Of a DNA stretch of 64,000 nucleotides, positions 28,249-37,529 are shown piece after piece; positions within the stretch are counted from its first letter, which is position 1, and every line of letters begins with the position of its first letter. This stretch comes from Chloroflexota bacterium. Lineage in GTDB: Bacteria; Chloroflexota; UBA6077; CF-72. Both the position numbers and the translations under genes were made by a program. The notes under the pieces are model-generated. The model saw nothing but the letters and a program-made list of their open reading frames with translations. It ran no database searches and was not told the origin of the DNA. The stretch is taken from the NCBI GenBank assembly GCA_036506475.1, contig DASXRR010000329.1, positions 388 through 64,387 of the forward strand, given 5' to 3'.

Positions 28249-29580
28249 TTAGCGTTGCGCGGGCTTCGGTGGCTGCTGGCCACCCAGCCGGCCGGCCAGG
28301 GCCGGGTCCAACTCGGGGTGCGGCACGTAGGCCTGGCGCAGGTCCTGGGTGGCGGCGACCCAGTCGGTGTCCTCGGGCAGGATGATCCCGCCCGACCGCT
28401 GGCGGTAAATCTCCGGTTGGTCCACGCCGGGCGGAACGGTACCGTCCTGCGTCAGGGCCTGGGCGGCCTGGAGCAGGCGGCGTCGCGTGCGGATGATCAT
28501 CACGTCGGAGCTGGCGAGGTGTTCCGCGGTGCGGTCGTATATCGGACCCATCGTCTCGGTCACCGCCTGATCCTGAGTGTGGATGCCGGCAATGCCGGTG
28601 TAGTCGCCGCCGTAGCGCTGCCATGCGCGGTCGACGCGGTAGTCGTTGCGGATGTCTGACACCATCCGGAAGCGGCCGTACCAGTCTGTGCTGTTGGGGT
28701 GCAGCTCCATGCCCGGCTGGACCGCTCGCTCGACGCCGCGCACCTTGGGCGTGAGCGAGAAGAACATGGTGTGCTCGTCGTCGATCGGTACCCAGCCGCG
28801 GGCCAGGATCTGATGGCCGAGCACGCCGGTGGGGATCATGGTCCAGAACGGAAACAGAAACAGTCCGATGCGGTGGTAGAGCATGCCTGACTCGGCTGGC
28901 CGGAACGCCGAGTACATCGAGCCGAACTCGGTGTCCACCACCTGGTAGCGTGGCGCGCGATCTTTGAGTGTGTAGTACTGGAAGGTACCCGGCTGGGCCG
29001 ACTCGGGATCCGCGGCGCCGAAGTGCAGGAAACCGAAGTGGCTGGTGTCGATGTCGCCTTCGAGCGCTTGCAGGTAGTTACAGTCGCGCTGGATGGCGCT
29101 CACAACGTACTCGCCCTCGGGCAGATTGTTCGCCTCGATGTCTGGCAGCGGTGGGGGCGTCTCACGAGGACCCATATACGCCCACACGAGGCCGTTGCGC
29201 TCTCTGGTCGGGTACGCGACCGCACGGACTTTGGTTTTGAAGTCTGATTCGGCCGGTTCATTGGGCATGTCGATGCAGCTGCCACCCACGTCGAACTTCC
29301 AGCCGTGGTAGACGCAGCGCAGGCCCGCCTCTTCGTTACGACCGAAGAACAGCGAGGCCCCGCGATGGGGACAATGGTTCTCGACCAGGCCGACCTGGCC
29401 GTTGGTGTCGCGGAACGCAATCAGCTGTTCGCCGAGCAGCACCACGCGGACAGGGTCGCTATCTGGCTGGGGTAGCTCACTGGAGAGCAGCGCGGGCAGC
29501 CAATACTGGCGCATCAGGTTGCCCATGGGCGTGCCCGGGCTGACCCGGCAGACAGTCTCGTTGTCGATCTTGCTCAGCAT
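28249..29580 (-). CDS. Rieske [2Fe-2S] non-heme-iron oxygenase, alpha subunit (phthalate-family type)
   Basis: CPHRGASL…-x17-…CVYHGWKF Rieske motif with a mononuclear-iron domain downstream. No reductase or ferredoxin partner in the window. Confidence 0.9.
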   Translation of the reverse strand: MLSKIDNETVCRVSPGTPMGNLMRQYWLPALLSSELPQPDSDPVRVVLLGEQLIAFRDTNGQVGLVENHCPHRGASLFFGRNEEAGLRCVYHGWKFDVGGSCIDMPNEPAESDFKTKVRAVAYPTRERNGLVWAYMGPRETPPPLPDIEANNLPEGEYVVSAIQRDCNYLQALEGDIDTSHFGFLHFGAADPESAQPGTFQYYTLKDRAPRYQVVDTEFGSMYSAFRPAESGMLYHRIGLFLFPFWTMIPTGVLGHQILARGWVPIDDEHTMFFSLTPKVRGVERAVQPGMELHPNSTDWYGRFRMVSDIRNDYRVDRAWQRYGGDYTGIAGIHTQDQAVTETMGPIYDRTAEHLASSDVMIIRTRRRLLQAAQALTQDGTVPPGVDQPEIYRQRSGGIILPEDTDWVAATQDLRQAYVPHPELDPALAGRLGGQQPPKPAQR

Positions 29581-29685
29581 GACAGCTCTCCCGTGCTATT
29601 CGGGCGTGTGGCCTACCCCCATCGTATTCTGCGACGGTAGGTGGGGGCCCGCGCCACGGTGCCCACGGGAGTCGCGCGCACTGGC

Positions 29686-30849
29686 TCAGGTTGCGCCGTC
29701 GACCGGGTCGAGCCCGAAGGCCACGCGGCCGGTGAAGCGGTGCTGGCGTTTGGCTTGCAGCGGATGGAACTGTGCGCCATGAATGTCGCGTAGCAAGCGC
29801 TCCAGGGCGCTCGTGCGCTGGAAGCTCGAACCGCCGACGGCCTCGGCTGCTTTCTCGACCGCGGCGATGAGCGACTGGGTAGCGATGGTCTTGCGCACGA
29901 ACGCGGTGTTGGCTGTGACGAGGTCAGGCGCAAAGGCGTAGTTGGCGCACAGATCGATCATCGCCTGCACCGCCATCTGGCCGGTGGCGAGGGCATTCTC
30001 CATTTCGCCCACCGCGTACCAGACATCTGGATCCTCGCGCTTGCGCTGCAATTGCTGCAGCGCCAATTCGCGCGCAGCCTCCGCCACGCCGACGTACGCC
30101 GACATGACAATTGACTGCGCGACCACCGCGATCACGCTATAGAACGGATGCCACCTGCCGCGCGGTCTGCGCAACGACACCGCGCTGTCGGGCACGAACA
30201 CATTTTCCAAAATGACATCGTTTGAGCCACTCCCCCGCATGCCCATCGCACGCCAGTTGTCGAGGACGGTCACGCCGGGGACACTCATCGGCGACGGGAA
30301 ATGCAGCACGGTCGGGCCGTCGACTGGATCGTCGTACACGGTCGTCGTGATGAGCAGATCACCGGCTGGTGAGCCACTGCCGAAGATCTTGCGCGCATTG
30401 ACGCGGTAGCCGCCGTCGACGCGCTCGGCACGGCCCGACGACTCGAGCCAGTCAGAGGCGCCGGTGCTCACCAGGACGAGCTGCTCGGCGGCAATCCGTC
30501 GCAGTAAGTCGTCCACCGGCTGGCCCTGGCGTCGGCGCCAGACCGTTGCCGCGACCTGGTGCGTGTGCATCGCAAGCGCGAGTGCCGTCGCCCCGCACGA
30601 GTGAGCCAGCTCGCGTATCAGCGCGCACAGTTCGGCGTGGGTGGCGCCGCCACCACCGAGATCAACGGGCACGCCCGCGGAAAAGGCGCCGCATGCCTTG
30701 AGCTCGACATAGTTCTCCGCGACGAACGCATCACTGGCGTCGTGGACGCCCGCTCGCTCCGCGAATCGCGGTCCAAGCTCGCGTGGAATGGCGCGCCAAT
30801 CGCGCGCGCTGGTCTGTTCTGTAGCGGATTCGAGCATCTCGTCGAGCAT
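29686..30849 (-). CDS. Acyl-CoA dehydrogenase family protein
   Basis: 387-aa ACAD three-domain pattern (…GGGGATHAEL…, …KIFGSGSPAGD…, C-terminal helical domain). Confidence 0.8.
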   Translation of the reverse strand: MLDEMLESATEQTSARDWRAIPRELGPRFAERAGVHDASDAFVAENYVELKACGAFSAGVPVDLGGGGATHAELCALIRELAHSCGATALALAMHTHQVAATVWRRRQGQPVDDLLRRIAAEQLVLVSTGASDWLESSGRAERVDGGYRVNARKIFGSGSPAGDLLITTTVYDDPVDGPTVLHFPSPMSVPGVTVLDNWRAMGMRGSGSNDVILENVFVPDSAVSLRRPRGRWHPFYSVIAVVAQSIVMSAYVGVAEAARELALQQLQRKREDPDVWYAVGEMENALATGQMAVQAMIDLCANYAFAPDLVTANTAFVRKTIATQSLIAAVEKAAEAVGGSSFQRTSALERLLRDIHGAQFHPLQAKRQHRFTGRVAFGLDPVDGAT

Positions 30850-30932
30850 GCGCCGAAGGGTAGGCTGATCGGGCGCAGAACGCTATCCGAGAAGCCCGTC
30901 AATTCTGGGCTCGGCGGCCTGAGGGAATGCCC

Positions 30933-33464
30933 TCACGTGAGTCCGTGCTCCACGGCAAAGGCCGCCGCCGCCGCTCGGCCGCGTCGGCCAATCTTCTGGT
31001 AGATGTGGGTGATGTGGCGTTCGACCGTCGAGCTGGCGACGTCCAGGTCCGCGGCAATCTGAGGGGTCGTGCGACCGTCCGCCAGTCGGCGCAACACTTC
31101 GACCTCGGCGTGGGTCAGGCGAGCCGGAAACTCGCCGCCAGACGCGACCTCGACCGACCACGCCGCCGCGATGGCCGCATCCAAGGACATGAGTCGGCCA
31201 TGCGCCCAGGCAGCCGCGAACGTGGCGTCGCCAAGTCTTTGTCGCGCCACCTGCATGCCCTGGGTGAACAGCGCTTCGGTCAACGGAATGTTCAGCGTGT
31301 GCGCCGATTCGCTCATGACCGTCACGGCGCCGCCAAGGCGCACCGCGAGCTCCGGCTGCCGCTCGGCCGCCAGGCCGGCGAAAAGCGACAGGATCGTCCG
31401 CACCAGCCATCCTGCATTGAGCTCGCGGGCAATCTCGAGCGCTTCGTGGTACAGCGCCAACGCCGCCGGAAAAGCGCCCGCCCGATGGTGAAGCATGCCC
31501 TGTAGGTGGAGGACGATGACGATACCTTCGAGATGGCCGAGCTCCCGACGAATCGCCAGGCTGCGCTCATAACAGGCGTGCGCGGTCGCATCGTCGTGGG
31601 CGATGTGTGCCGCCAGCCCGAGCAGGTGCACAGCCCACCCGATCAGCCAGCGATCGCCAAGCGCCTCGGCGATGTGCAAGCTCTTCTCCGCGAGCTGGCG
31701 GGCAGCACGTGAGTCGTTGTCGAAGTAGGCCACGCGACCGAGGACGTGCAGCACCCAGGCACGCGCCCAGTCGTCGTGCACATCTTCGGCGATGGCCAGG
31801 CTCTCCTCGAGCAGGCGCTTTGCTGAGGCCAGGTCGCGCTGAACGTGCGCCAACCAACCTGCGCCATACAGGGCTTTCTGTCGTGCCGGCGTACGAGTAG
31901 ACGTCGTGGCCAGGGCGCGGTTGAGCCAGCGGCTGCCTTCGCCGAAGTGGCCGCCGATCCACCAGTAGCGCGCCAGCGCGCCCGCCAGGCGAAGCGCCGT
32001 GTCGCCGCTCGGTCTGGGCTGGGCCAGGCTCCATTCGAGCGCCGCGCGCAGATTGTCACGATCCAGGTCGAGTCGGTCCAGCCACATCCGGACGTTCGGC
32101 CCTCCAAGCCCTGGTTCGGCGCACTCGGCGAGGGCCACGAAATACTCGGCATGCCGACGTCGCAACGGCTCGAGCTCGCCCGTCCACGCGAGCTGTTCGA
32201 GGCCGAACTCGCGAATCGTCTCGAGCATGCCAATGCGCACCTCGCCGCTGGTCCCGCCCATGGTTCGCACCAGGCTCTTGGCCACCAGCGAGTCGATCAG
32301 ATCGATACCCGCGCCGAAGGCGCACACTGCCTGCGTGGCCTCCAGGCTGGAGCCGCCCACGAACACGGCCAGCTGGCGGAACAAAGCCTGTTCCTGCTCG
32401 TCGAGCAGGTCGTAGCTCCAGGCGATTGTGTTGCGCAGCGTCTGTTGCCGAGCCGGCAGGTCGCGCGCCCCTCCCGTGAGCAGCTGCAGTCGGCGTTCGA
32501 GTGGCGCCAGCATCGCCCGCGGCTCGAGCAGGCGAGTGCGCGCGGCGGCCAGCTCAATCGCCAGGGGCAGCCCGTCCAGCCGCCGACAGATCTCAGCCAC
32601 AGCTGCCGCGTTTTCAGCTGTCAGTGCGAAGTCGGCTTTGACGGCGCGCACGCGTTCGACATACAGCTGCACTGACTCGCACGTGCCAAACGCATGCAGG
32701 TCAGTAACCGCGTCCGGTAGGGCGAGCGGCGGGACCGTCAGCTCCTGCTCGCCGACTAGGCGCAACGGGGCGCGGCTGGTCACCAACACATGCAAGTGTG
32801 GGCACGTTGACAAGAGCTCGCCGATCTCGACAGCCGCGCCGAGCACCTGCTCGAAATTGTCGAGAATCAGCAGCAGCCGTCGGTCGCGTAAGTAGTTCTT
32901 CAGCCCCTCCAGGTGCGGTCGCCACCCGTCGTTTGACACATTGAGCACGTGCGCGATGCTGGCCGCGACCAGACCCGCATCTGAGACACTCGCCAGGTCC
33001 ACCAGGAACACACCATCGGCGTAGTCCGCGAGCAGGAACGTGGCGGCTTCCAACGCCACGCGGGTTTTGCCTGTTCCGCCCGGCCCGGTGAGCGTCAAAA
33101 GCCGAGCGCCCGCGGATGAGGCGCCAAGCAGACGTCGAACCTCTGCCAGCGTCTGCTCGCGCCCGACGAAGGTAGTGCGCGTCAATGGCAGGTTGTGTGT
33201 GGGCGACCAGGCCGGAGACCCAGCGCCCAGCCTGCGACGCGCTTGACGCGCCGCCTCCAGCTCATCCAGCTGCTCCGGAGTGAGTCGCAGTGCCTCGCCC
33301 AGCAGGCGCAATGTTGCGCGCTGAGGACTCTTCAGGCCGCGCTCCATGTCGCTGATCGCGCGTTCGCTCAACTGGGCGCGCTCGGCCAGCTCAGCCTGTG
33401 TCAGGCCCAAGGCGCGGCGCTCGCGTCGAAGCAACGCGGCGAAACTCGGCAGGCGTGTTGCCAC
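30933..33464 (-). CDS. XRE-HTH / NB-ARC-type ATPase / TPR / LuxR-HTH regulator (STAND, LAL-like)
   Basis: N-terminal …LGLTQAELAERAQLSERAISDMERG…, Walker A GPGGTGKTR, long TPR-like helical repeats, C-terminal GerE/LuxR HTH …LTHAEVEVLRRLADGRTTPQIAADLDVASSTVERHITHIYQKIG…. Confidence 0.9.
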   Translation of the reverse strand: MATRLPSFAALLRRERRALGLTQAELAERAQLSERAISDMERGLKSPQRATLRLLGEALRLTPEQLDELEAARQARRRLGAGSPAWSPTHNLPLTRTTFVGREQTLAEVRRLLGASSAGARLLTLTGPGGTGKTRVALEAATFLLADYADGVFLVDLASVSDAGLVAASIAHVLNVSNDGWRPHLEGLKNYLRDRRLLLILDNFEQVLGAAVEIGELLSTCPHLHVLVTSRAPLRLVGEQELTVPPLALPDAVTDLHAFGTCESVQLYVERVRAVKADFALTAENAAAVAEICRRLDGLPLAIELAAARTRLLEPRAMLAPLERRLQLLTGGARDLPARQQTLRNTIAWSYDLLDEQEQALFRQLAVFVGGSSLEATQAVCAFGAGIDLIDSLVAKSLVRTMGGTSGEVRIGMLETIREFGLEQLAWTGELEPLRRRHAEYFVALAECAEPGLGGPNVRMWLDRLDLDRDNLRAALEWSLAQPRPSGDTALRLAGALARYWWIGGHFGEGSRWLNRALATTSTRTPARQKALYGAGWLAHVQRDLASAKRLLEESLAIAEDVHDDWARAWVLHVLGRVAYFDNDSRAARQLAEKSLHIAEALGDRWLIGWAVHLLGLAAHIAHDDATAHACYERSLAIRRELGHLEGIVIVLHLQGMLHHRAGAFPAALALYHEALEIARELNAGWLVRTILSLFAGLAAERQPELAVRLGGAVTVMSESAHTLNIPLTEALFTQGMQVARQRLGDATFAAAWAHGRLMSLDAAIAAAWSVEVASGGEFPARLTHAEVEVLRRLADGRTTPQIAADLDVASSTVERHITHIYQKIGRRGRAAAAAFAVEHGLT

Positions 33465-33554
33465 TTGTGTGGCTGAAAGTGTGGCTGGTGTGTGGCGCGA
33501 GGTCCAGCGCCAGTCGAGACTCGCCCAATCTGCAACCTTCGAGGGAGGAAGCTC

Positions 33555-34919
33555 ATGCCCACAGTCAAGTGGCGGTTCTCGGCTCTAGCCGTTGTTCTTG
33601 TCGTTGCCAGCCTCGCATCTAGACCGACCCTCACATCGGCCGCGACGGCTCAGCGTCAAACTCAAACGCCGACCTGGAGCACGTGGCTGTTGTCGTCGCC
33701 GGGCGAGCTGCGCCTGGGTCCGCCGCCAGATGCGGCCGAGACGCTCGTCGAGCTGGCCGAGATCCAGGCGTTGGCCGACAATCGTGACGTCGCGGCGCTC
33801 GACCGCATCCACTACTGGGATGCCGGCGCTCCGCCATACCGCTGGACGCAGCGGGCGATTACGTACGCCCAGAGCCACGGCGTCGGTGGCAATCGCGCGA
33901 TCCGGCTGATGGCGCTGATGAACGTTGCGATCTACGAGGCGATCGTCGCGGCCGATGACAGCAAACAGGCCCACAACCGTGCACGGCCCGCGACATCGCG
34001 CGCGGCCATCGCGATGCCTGTGACACCTGGGTATCCGGATGAACGGGCAGCGGCAGCGGGTGCCGCGGCGGGTGTGCTTGCCTACCTCTTTCCCGCGGAC
34101 GGAGACCTGTTTGCGAGTTGGGCCGAGGAAGCGGGGCGCTCGCGCGTAGAAGCTGGTGTCGCGTATCCCAGCGACACTGCGGCCGGGCTTGCGCTAGGTC
34201 GCCAGGTCGGAGAGCGGGCCGTCGCATGGGGCAAGACCGATGGCTCTGACGCGAAGTGGACGGGCAGCGTCCCGACCGAGCCTGGCAAGTGGACAGGCAC
34301 AAACCCGATCGAGCCGCTAGCGGGTTCGTGGAAGCCGTGGACGCTCACCAGTGGCAGCCAATTTCGGCCCGGCCCTCCCCCGGCGTCCGATTCCGAGCAG
34401 ATGGAGCGCGATGCGGCGGAGGTGAAGAACTACGCCCGCACCAATCTGACCAACCTGACGGCGAGCTACTGGGAGTACTTCGGTGGCCGCGCCGTATTCG
34501 AATACTGGAACGATCTGGCTAGCCGCCTCATCTTCGAGCACCGACTGCAGGACGATGCGGTGCAGGCGTCACGCGTGTACGCGCTCGTCAACATCGCCAT
34601 GCACGACGCCGGAATCGCCTGTTGGGATGCCAAGTACGCTTATTGGGCCCCGCGGCCGGCGATGATCGATCCGACGATCACAACCCTGTTCGCGACACCC
34701 AACCACCCCAGCTACCCGTCGGCGCACTCGTGTTTCGCCGGCGCAGCGGCGACTATCATGACGCGCCAGTTTCCGTCCGAAGCAGGCTCACTGGATGCCC
34801 TGGTTGACCAGGCCGGCGAGGCGCGGATTATGGGCGGCATCCATTACCGAAACGACGTCGATACGGGCAAGACGCTCGGCGAACGCGTGGGTGAGGTGGT
34901 CTGGACCCGCGGCAGCTAA
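33555..34919 (+). CDS. Secreted PAP2-superfamily protein, vanadium-haloperoxidase/acid-phosphatase-like
   Basis: SD GAGGGAGGA before the ATG at 33555. Signal peptide MPTVKWRFSALAVVLVVASLASRP. PAP2 motifs …HPSYPSAHSCFAGAAA… and …GGIHYRNDVDTG…. Confidence 0.8.
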   Translation: MPTVKWRFSALAVVLVVASLASRPTLTSAATAQRQTQTPTWSTWLLSSPGELRLGPPPDAAETLVELAEIQALADNRDVAALDRIHYWDAGAPPYRWTQRAITYAQSHGVGGNRAIRLMALMNVAIYEAIVAADDSKQAHNRARPATSRAAIAMPVTPGYPDERAAAAGAAAGVLAYLFPADGDLFASWAEEAGRSRVEAGVAYPSDTAAGLALGRQVGERAVAWGKTDGSDAKWTGSVPTEPGKWTGTNPIEPLAGSWKPWTLTSGSQFRPGPPPASDSEQMERDAAEVKNYARTNLTNLTASYWEYFGGRAVFEYWNDLASRLIFEHRLQDDAVQASRVYALVNIAMHDAGIACWDAKYAYWAPRPAMIDPTITTLFATPNHPSYPSAHSCFAGAAATIMTRQFPSEAGSLDALVDQAGEARIMGGIHYRNDVDTGKTLGERVGEVVWTRGS

Positions 34920-35004
34920 CTCCCCTTTGATCCGAGCCTGAGCGGCGGCTGAGCAGCGGGGTCTAGGCTGGTCCGACTGCAGCACGACGGTCACCCCTCG
35001 ATCC

Positions 35005-37449
35005 GTGACGATCTTTGCCCAGCAGCAACATCAATCCCGAGCGCCGGGGCCGTCCAGCGATCTGGGCGTCTACCCCCGGCGCTCGGCTGCGCCGCGGGCC
35101 GAGGGCCTGCCGCCGGCGTTGCGCGATCGTGTGCAGCCTGCTTTTGGATTCGACTTTGCCAATATTCGGCTGCACATCGGAGGTGAAGCGGACACCGCGG
35201 CGCGCGGTCTGCACGCCGCGGCGTTCACGTATGGCCGAGATATCTATTTCCGCGAGCATCGGTTTGAGCCGCACACGGTCGCCGGGCAGTGGCTCATTGC
35301 CCACGAGCTGGCGCACGTCATCCAGCAACAACAGCGCGGAGTCAGTGCGTCGGGCGGCGCGTCCGCTGGTCTCGAGCGCCACGCCACGCAAGCGGCACAT
35401 CTGGCGATCGCCGGGCGCACCGTCCCGCCCGCACCGAGCGGCGCTGGACTCGGGGTCCAGTGCGAAACCGAGGAAGAGTTACGGGCGCAGCTCGCAGCGG
35501 TTCAGGCCAGCATCAACGCCGAACGTGTCCGAATCGCCGGGGTGGAGAGCAGCGCGCCGAAGGTACCAACGTGGGAGCTCGGAACATCGGGCACGTTCGA
35601 ACGAAGAGATTGGGCGGGCATTCGCGCCGGCGAGACGAAGGCATACTACAACCTTCTGGAGCGGCGCGATGTCCTCCAGTTGCGGGTCAACTATCCCGAA
35701 CACCAGTTTCTCGAGCAGGTTTCGATCAACCGAGTGGTGACAAAAGACGGGCAAGTGTTCGAAATCCCCGAGCGCATTGCCGATTGGGCGTTGGTCAAAG
35801 ACGACGAGGTGATCCTGGGCGACAAGAAGAGTACCGGGGCGATCAAGAGTGGGATTAAAGGTGGGATTCCCAAGGACCGGCCGGTGACCGCCGCCGATCT
35901 CCAGGGTTCGTTCCGCACAACAACGGGTCGCTTTACGAAGGGTGGCAATCCGGTGACTCGAACGAAGTTCGGCGATCAGGTGATGAAAGAGCGTTATGCG
36001 ATCATGCGCGCCACCGCGCTGGGCGGCAAAATCGTCGTCGCCGGAACTGGCGCAGGCGGCGCAAAAGTCGAGCGCCAGGTACCTCCAGCCGGTCTGCGCA
36101 TCTCGCGCTTGAATCCATATGGTCAGCTCCCGGACAAGTTGTTGGACGAGCCCGCCGCGGCTCCGCCCCGCCCTGCTCCAAGCACCGCGAGCACACCGCC
36201 GGGCACGGGGTCGTCGGCTGCAACCGGCTCGACGACGCGCACGGTTCCCGCGGGCACCACTGCAGCGCGTGCCAATGCGCCTCAGGACGAATCCGTCGAC
36301 GTCCCGCCGACACGAGCACCAGCTGCTGGCGGCGGCGGGATCACCAGGGCCGAGGTTGCCGCGATTGGCCTCGACATCGGCCAGATCGTCCTGGTGCAGA
36401 TACTCAATCATTACCTCGAGCAGTCCTATGCCGAAATCCGTGGCCAGGCCACGCGCGAGTACATCCGCGACGCCGTCGCCGATGCTTATCCGGAGATGCG
36501 ACAAGCGATCAATGCCCGGCGCACCGAAATCGCGGCGACGCAAGCCCGAGGACGAGAAGCGACCCTGAAGGTGATTGTCAAGGTCGGCTTCAGCGACAAC
36601 ACCGAGAGCGATCCCTTCACCGGGACGACTGGCACGACCATCAGCAACGTACCGAGTACTGCGCATGTCGTGGATGTGCAGGCTGTGCTCGAGGGCGAGA
36701 CGGCCAAACCCTACGACAAGAGCACGAGCTTCGTGGGCGACTTGTTCCGCGGCATGATTGGCTATCGCTCACGGTACTACCATCTCTCCTTTCCAATTGG
36801 TGGCACCGACACACGCGTGCGCCATCAACAGGAGACAGCCAGGAAGATCGAAGCAGCCATTGGCCGGCGTGGCTCGTTCGAGGACCTCATTGTGCAATCA
36901 CGGCTCGGCGGGCAGGACCCGGCGGCACTGCGCGAGTACGTGGACTACCAGCTCGAGACGGCCCTGCCGTCGCCAGGCGGCAAGCCCATCGGTCGCGCTG
37001 ATGTTTCAGCGGAGTATTGGCGCCAGATGCGCGCGTTGATCGACGGCCCGCTCACGGACATCGTTGCGCAAGCGAGGATCAAGTCCGTGCCGCTTGATGT
37101 CCTGAAGCAGCGCGTGGGTGCCGAATCCGACATCGGCAAACAGATCGACGCTCCGCTCCTGGACAAGGAAGCCGTGGCCAAACAGGAGCATCTGTGGACG
37201 CTCGGCGGCACGGATGCGGAGATCGCGCAACAGCGAGCATCAGTCGAGGCGTTGCGCGCGGAGCTCAAGGAAAAGCAGCAGCTGCTGTCGACGCTCGGCA
37301 CAACTGACGCGCGCACGCCCGAGGAGATCGCCGCCAAGGAGCCGCCGCATCCCCCGTGGTCTCGGATTCACTCCTTGAAGCAAGACATCGCCGCGGTCCG
37401 CGAACGCTTGTGGGTGGAAGAAAAGCTGCTCAGGTCTATTGACAAGTAA
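35005..37449 (+). CDS. DUF4157 (HExxH zincin-like) domain protein with a large uncharacterised C-terminal region
   Basis: …FGFDFANIRLHIGGEADTAARGLHAAAFTYGRDIYF…LIAHELAHVIQQQ… (HExxH at nt 35302-35316). Then a ~270-aa region with a D…DxK pattern, a Pro/Ala/Thr linker (36145-36339) and a ~370-aa helical/coiled-coil tail. No obvious SD, so the start is uncertain. Confidence 0.8.
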   Translation: MTIFAQQQHQSRAPGPSSDLGVYPRRSAAPRAEGLPPALRDRVQPAFGFDFANIRLHIGGEADTAARGLHAAAFTYGRDIYFREHRFEPHTVAGQWLIAHELAHVIQQQQRGVSASGGASAGLERHATQAAHLAIAGRTVPPAPSGAGLGVQCETEEELRAQLAAVQASINAERVRIAGVESSAPKVPTWELGTSGTFERRDWAGIRAGETKAYYNLLERRDVLQLRVNYPEHQFLEQVSINRVVTKDGQVFEIPERIADWALVKDDEVILGDKKSTGAIKSGIKGGIPKDRPVTAADLQGSFRTTTGRFTKGGNPVTRTKFGDQVMKERYAIMRATALGGKIVVAGTGAGGAKVERQVPPAGLRISRLNPYGQLPDKLLDEPAAAPPRPAPSTASTPPGTGSSAATGSTTRTVPAGTTAARANAPQDESVDVPPTRAPAAGGGGITRAEVAAIGLDIGQIVLVQILNHYLEQSYAEIRGQATREYIRDAVADAYPEMRQAINARRTEIAATQARGREATLKVIVKVGFSDNTESDPFTGTTGTTISNVPSTAHVVDVQAVLEGETAKPYDKSTSFVGDLFRGMIGYRSRYYHLSFPIGGTDTRVRHQQETARKIEAAIGRRGSFEDLIVQSRLGGQDPAALREYVDYQLETALPSPGGKPIGRADVSAEYWRQMRALIDGPLTDIVAQARIKSVPLDVLKQRVGAESDIGKQIDAPLLDKEAVAKQEHLWTLGGTDAEIAQQRASVEALRAELKEKQQLLSTLGTTDARTPEEIAAKEPPHPPWSRIHSLKQDIAAVRERLWVEEKLLRSIDK

Positions 37450-37529
37450 ACGTCAGCCGCGCTCCAGCACGTACTGCGCCTGATCTGCTGGCCCGACCAA
37501 CCGCGGATGCTCAGTATCATAGGCGGGCG

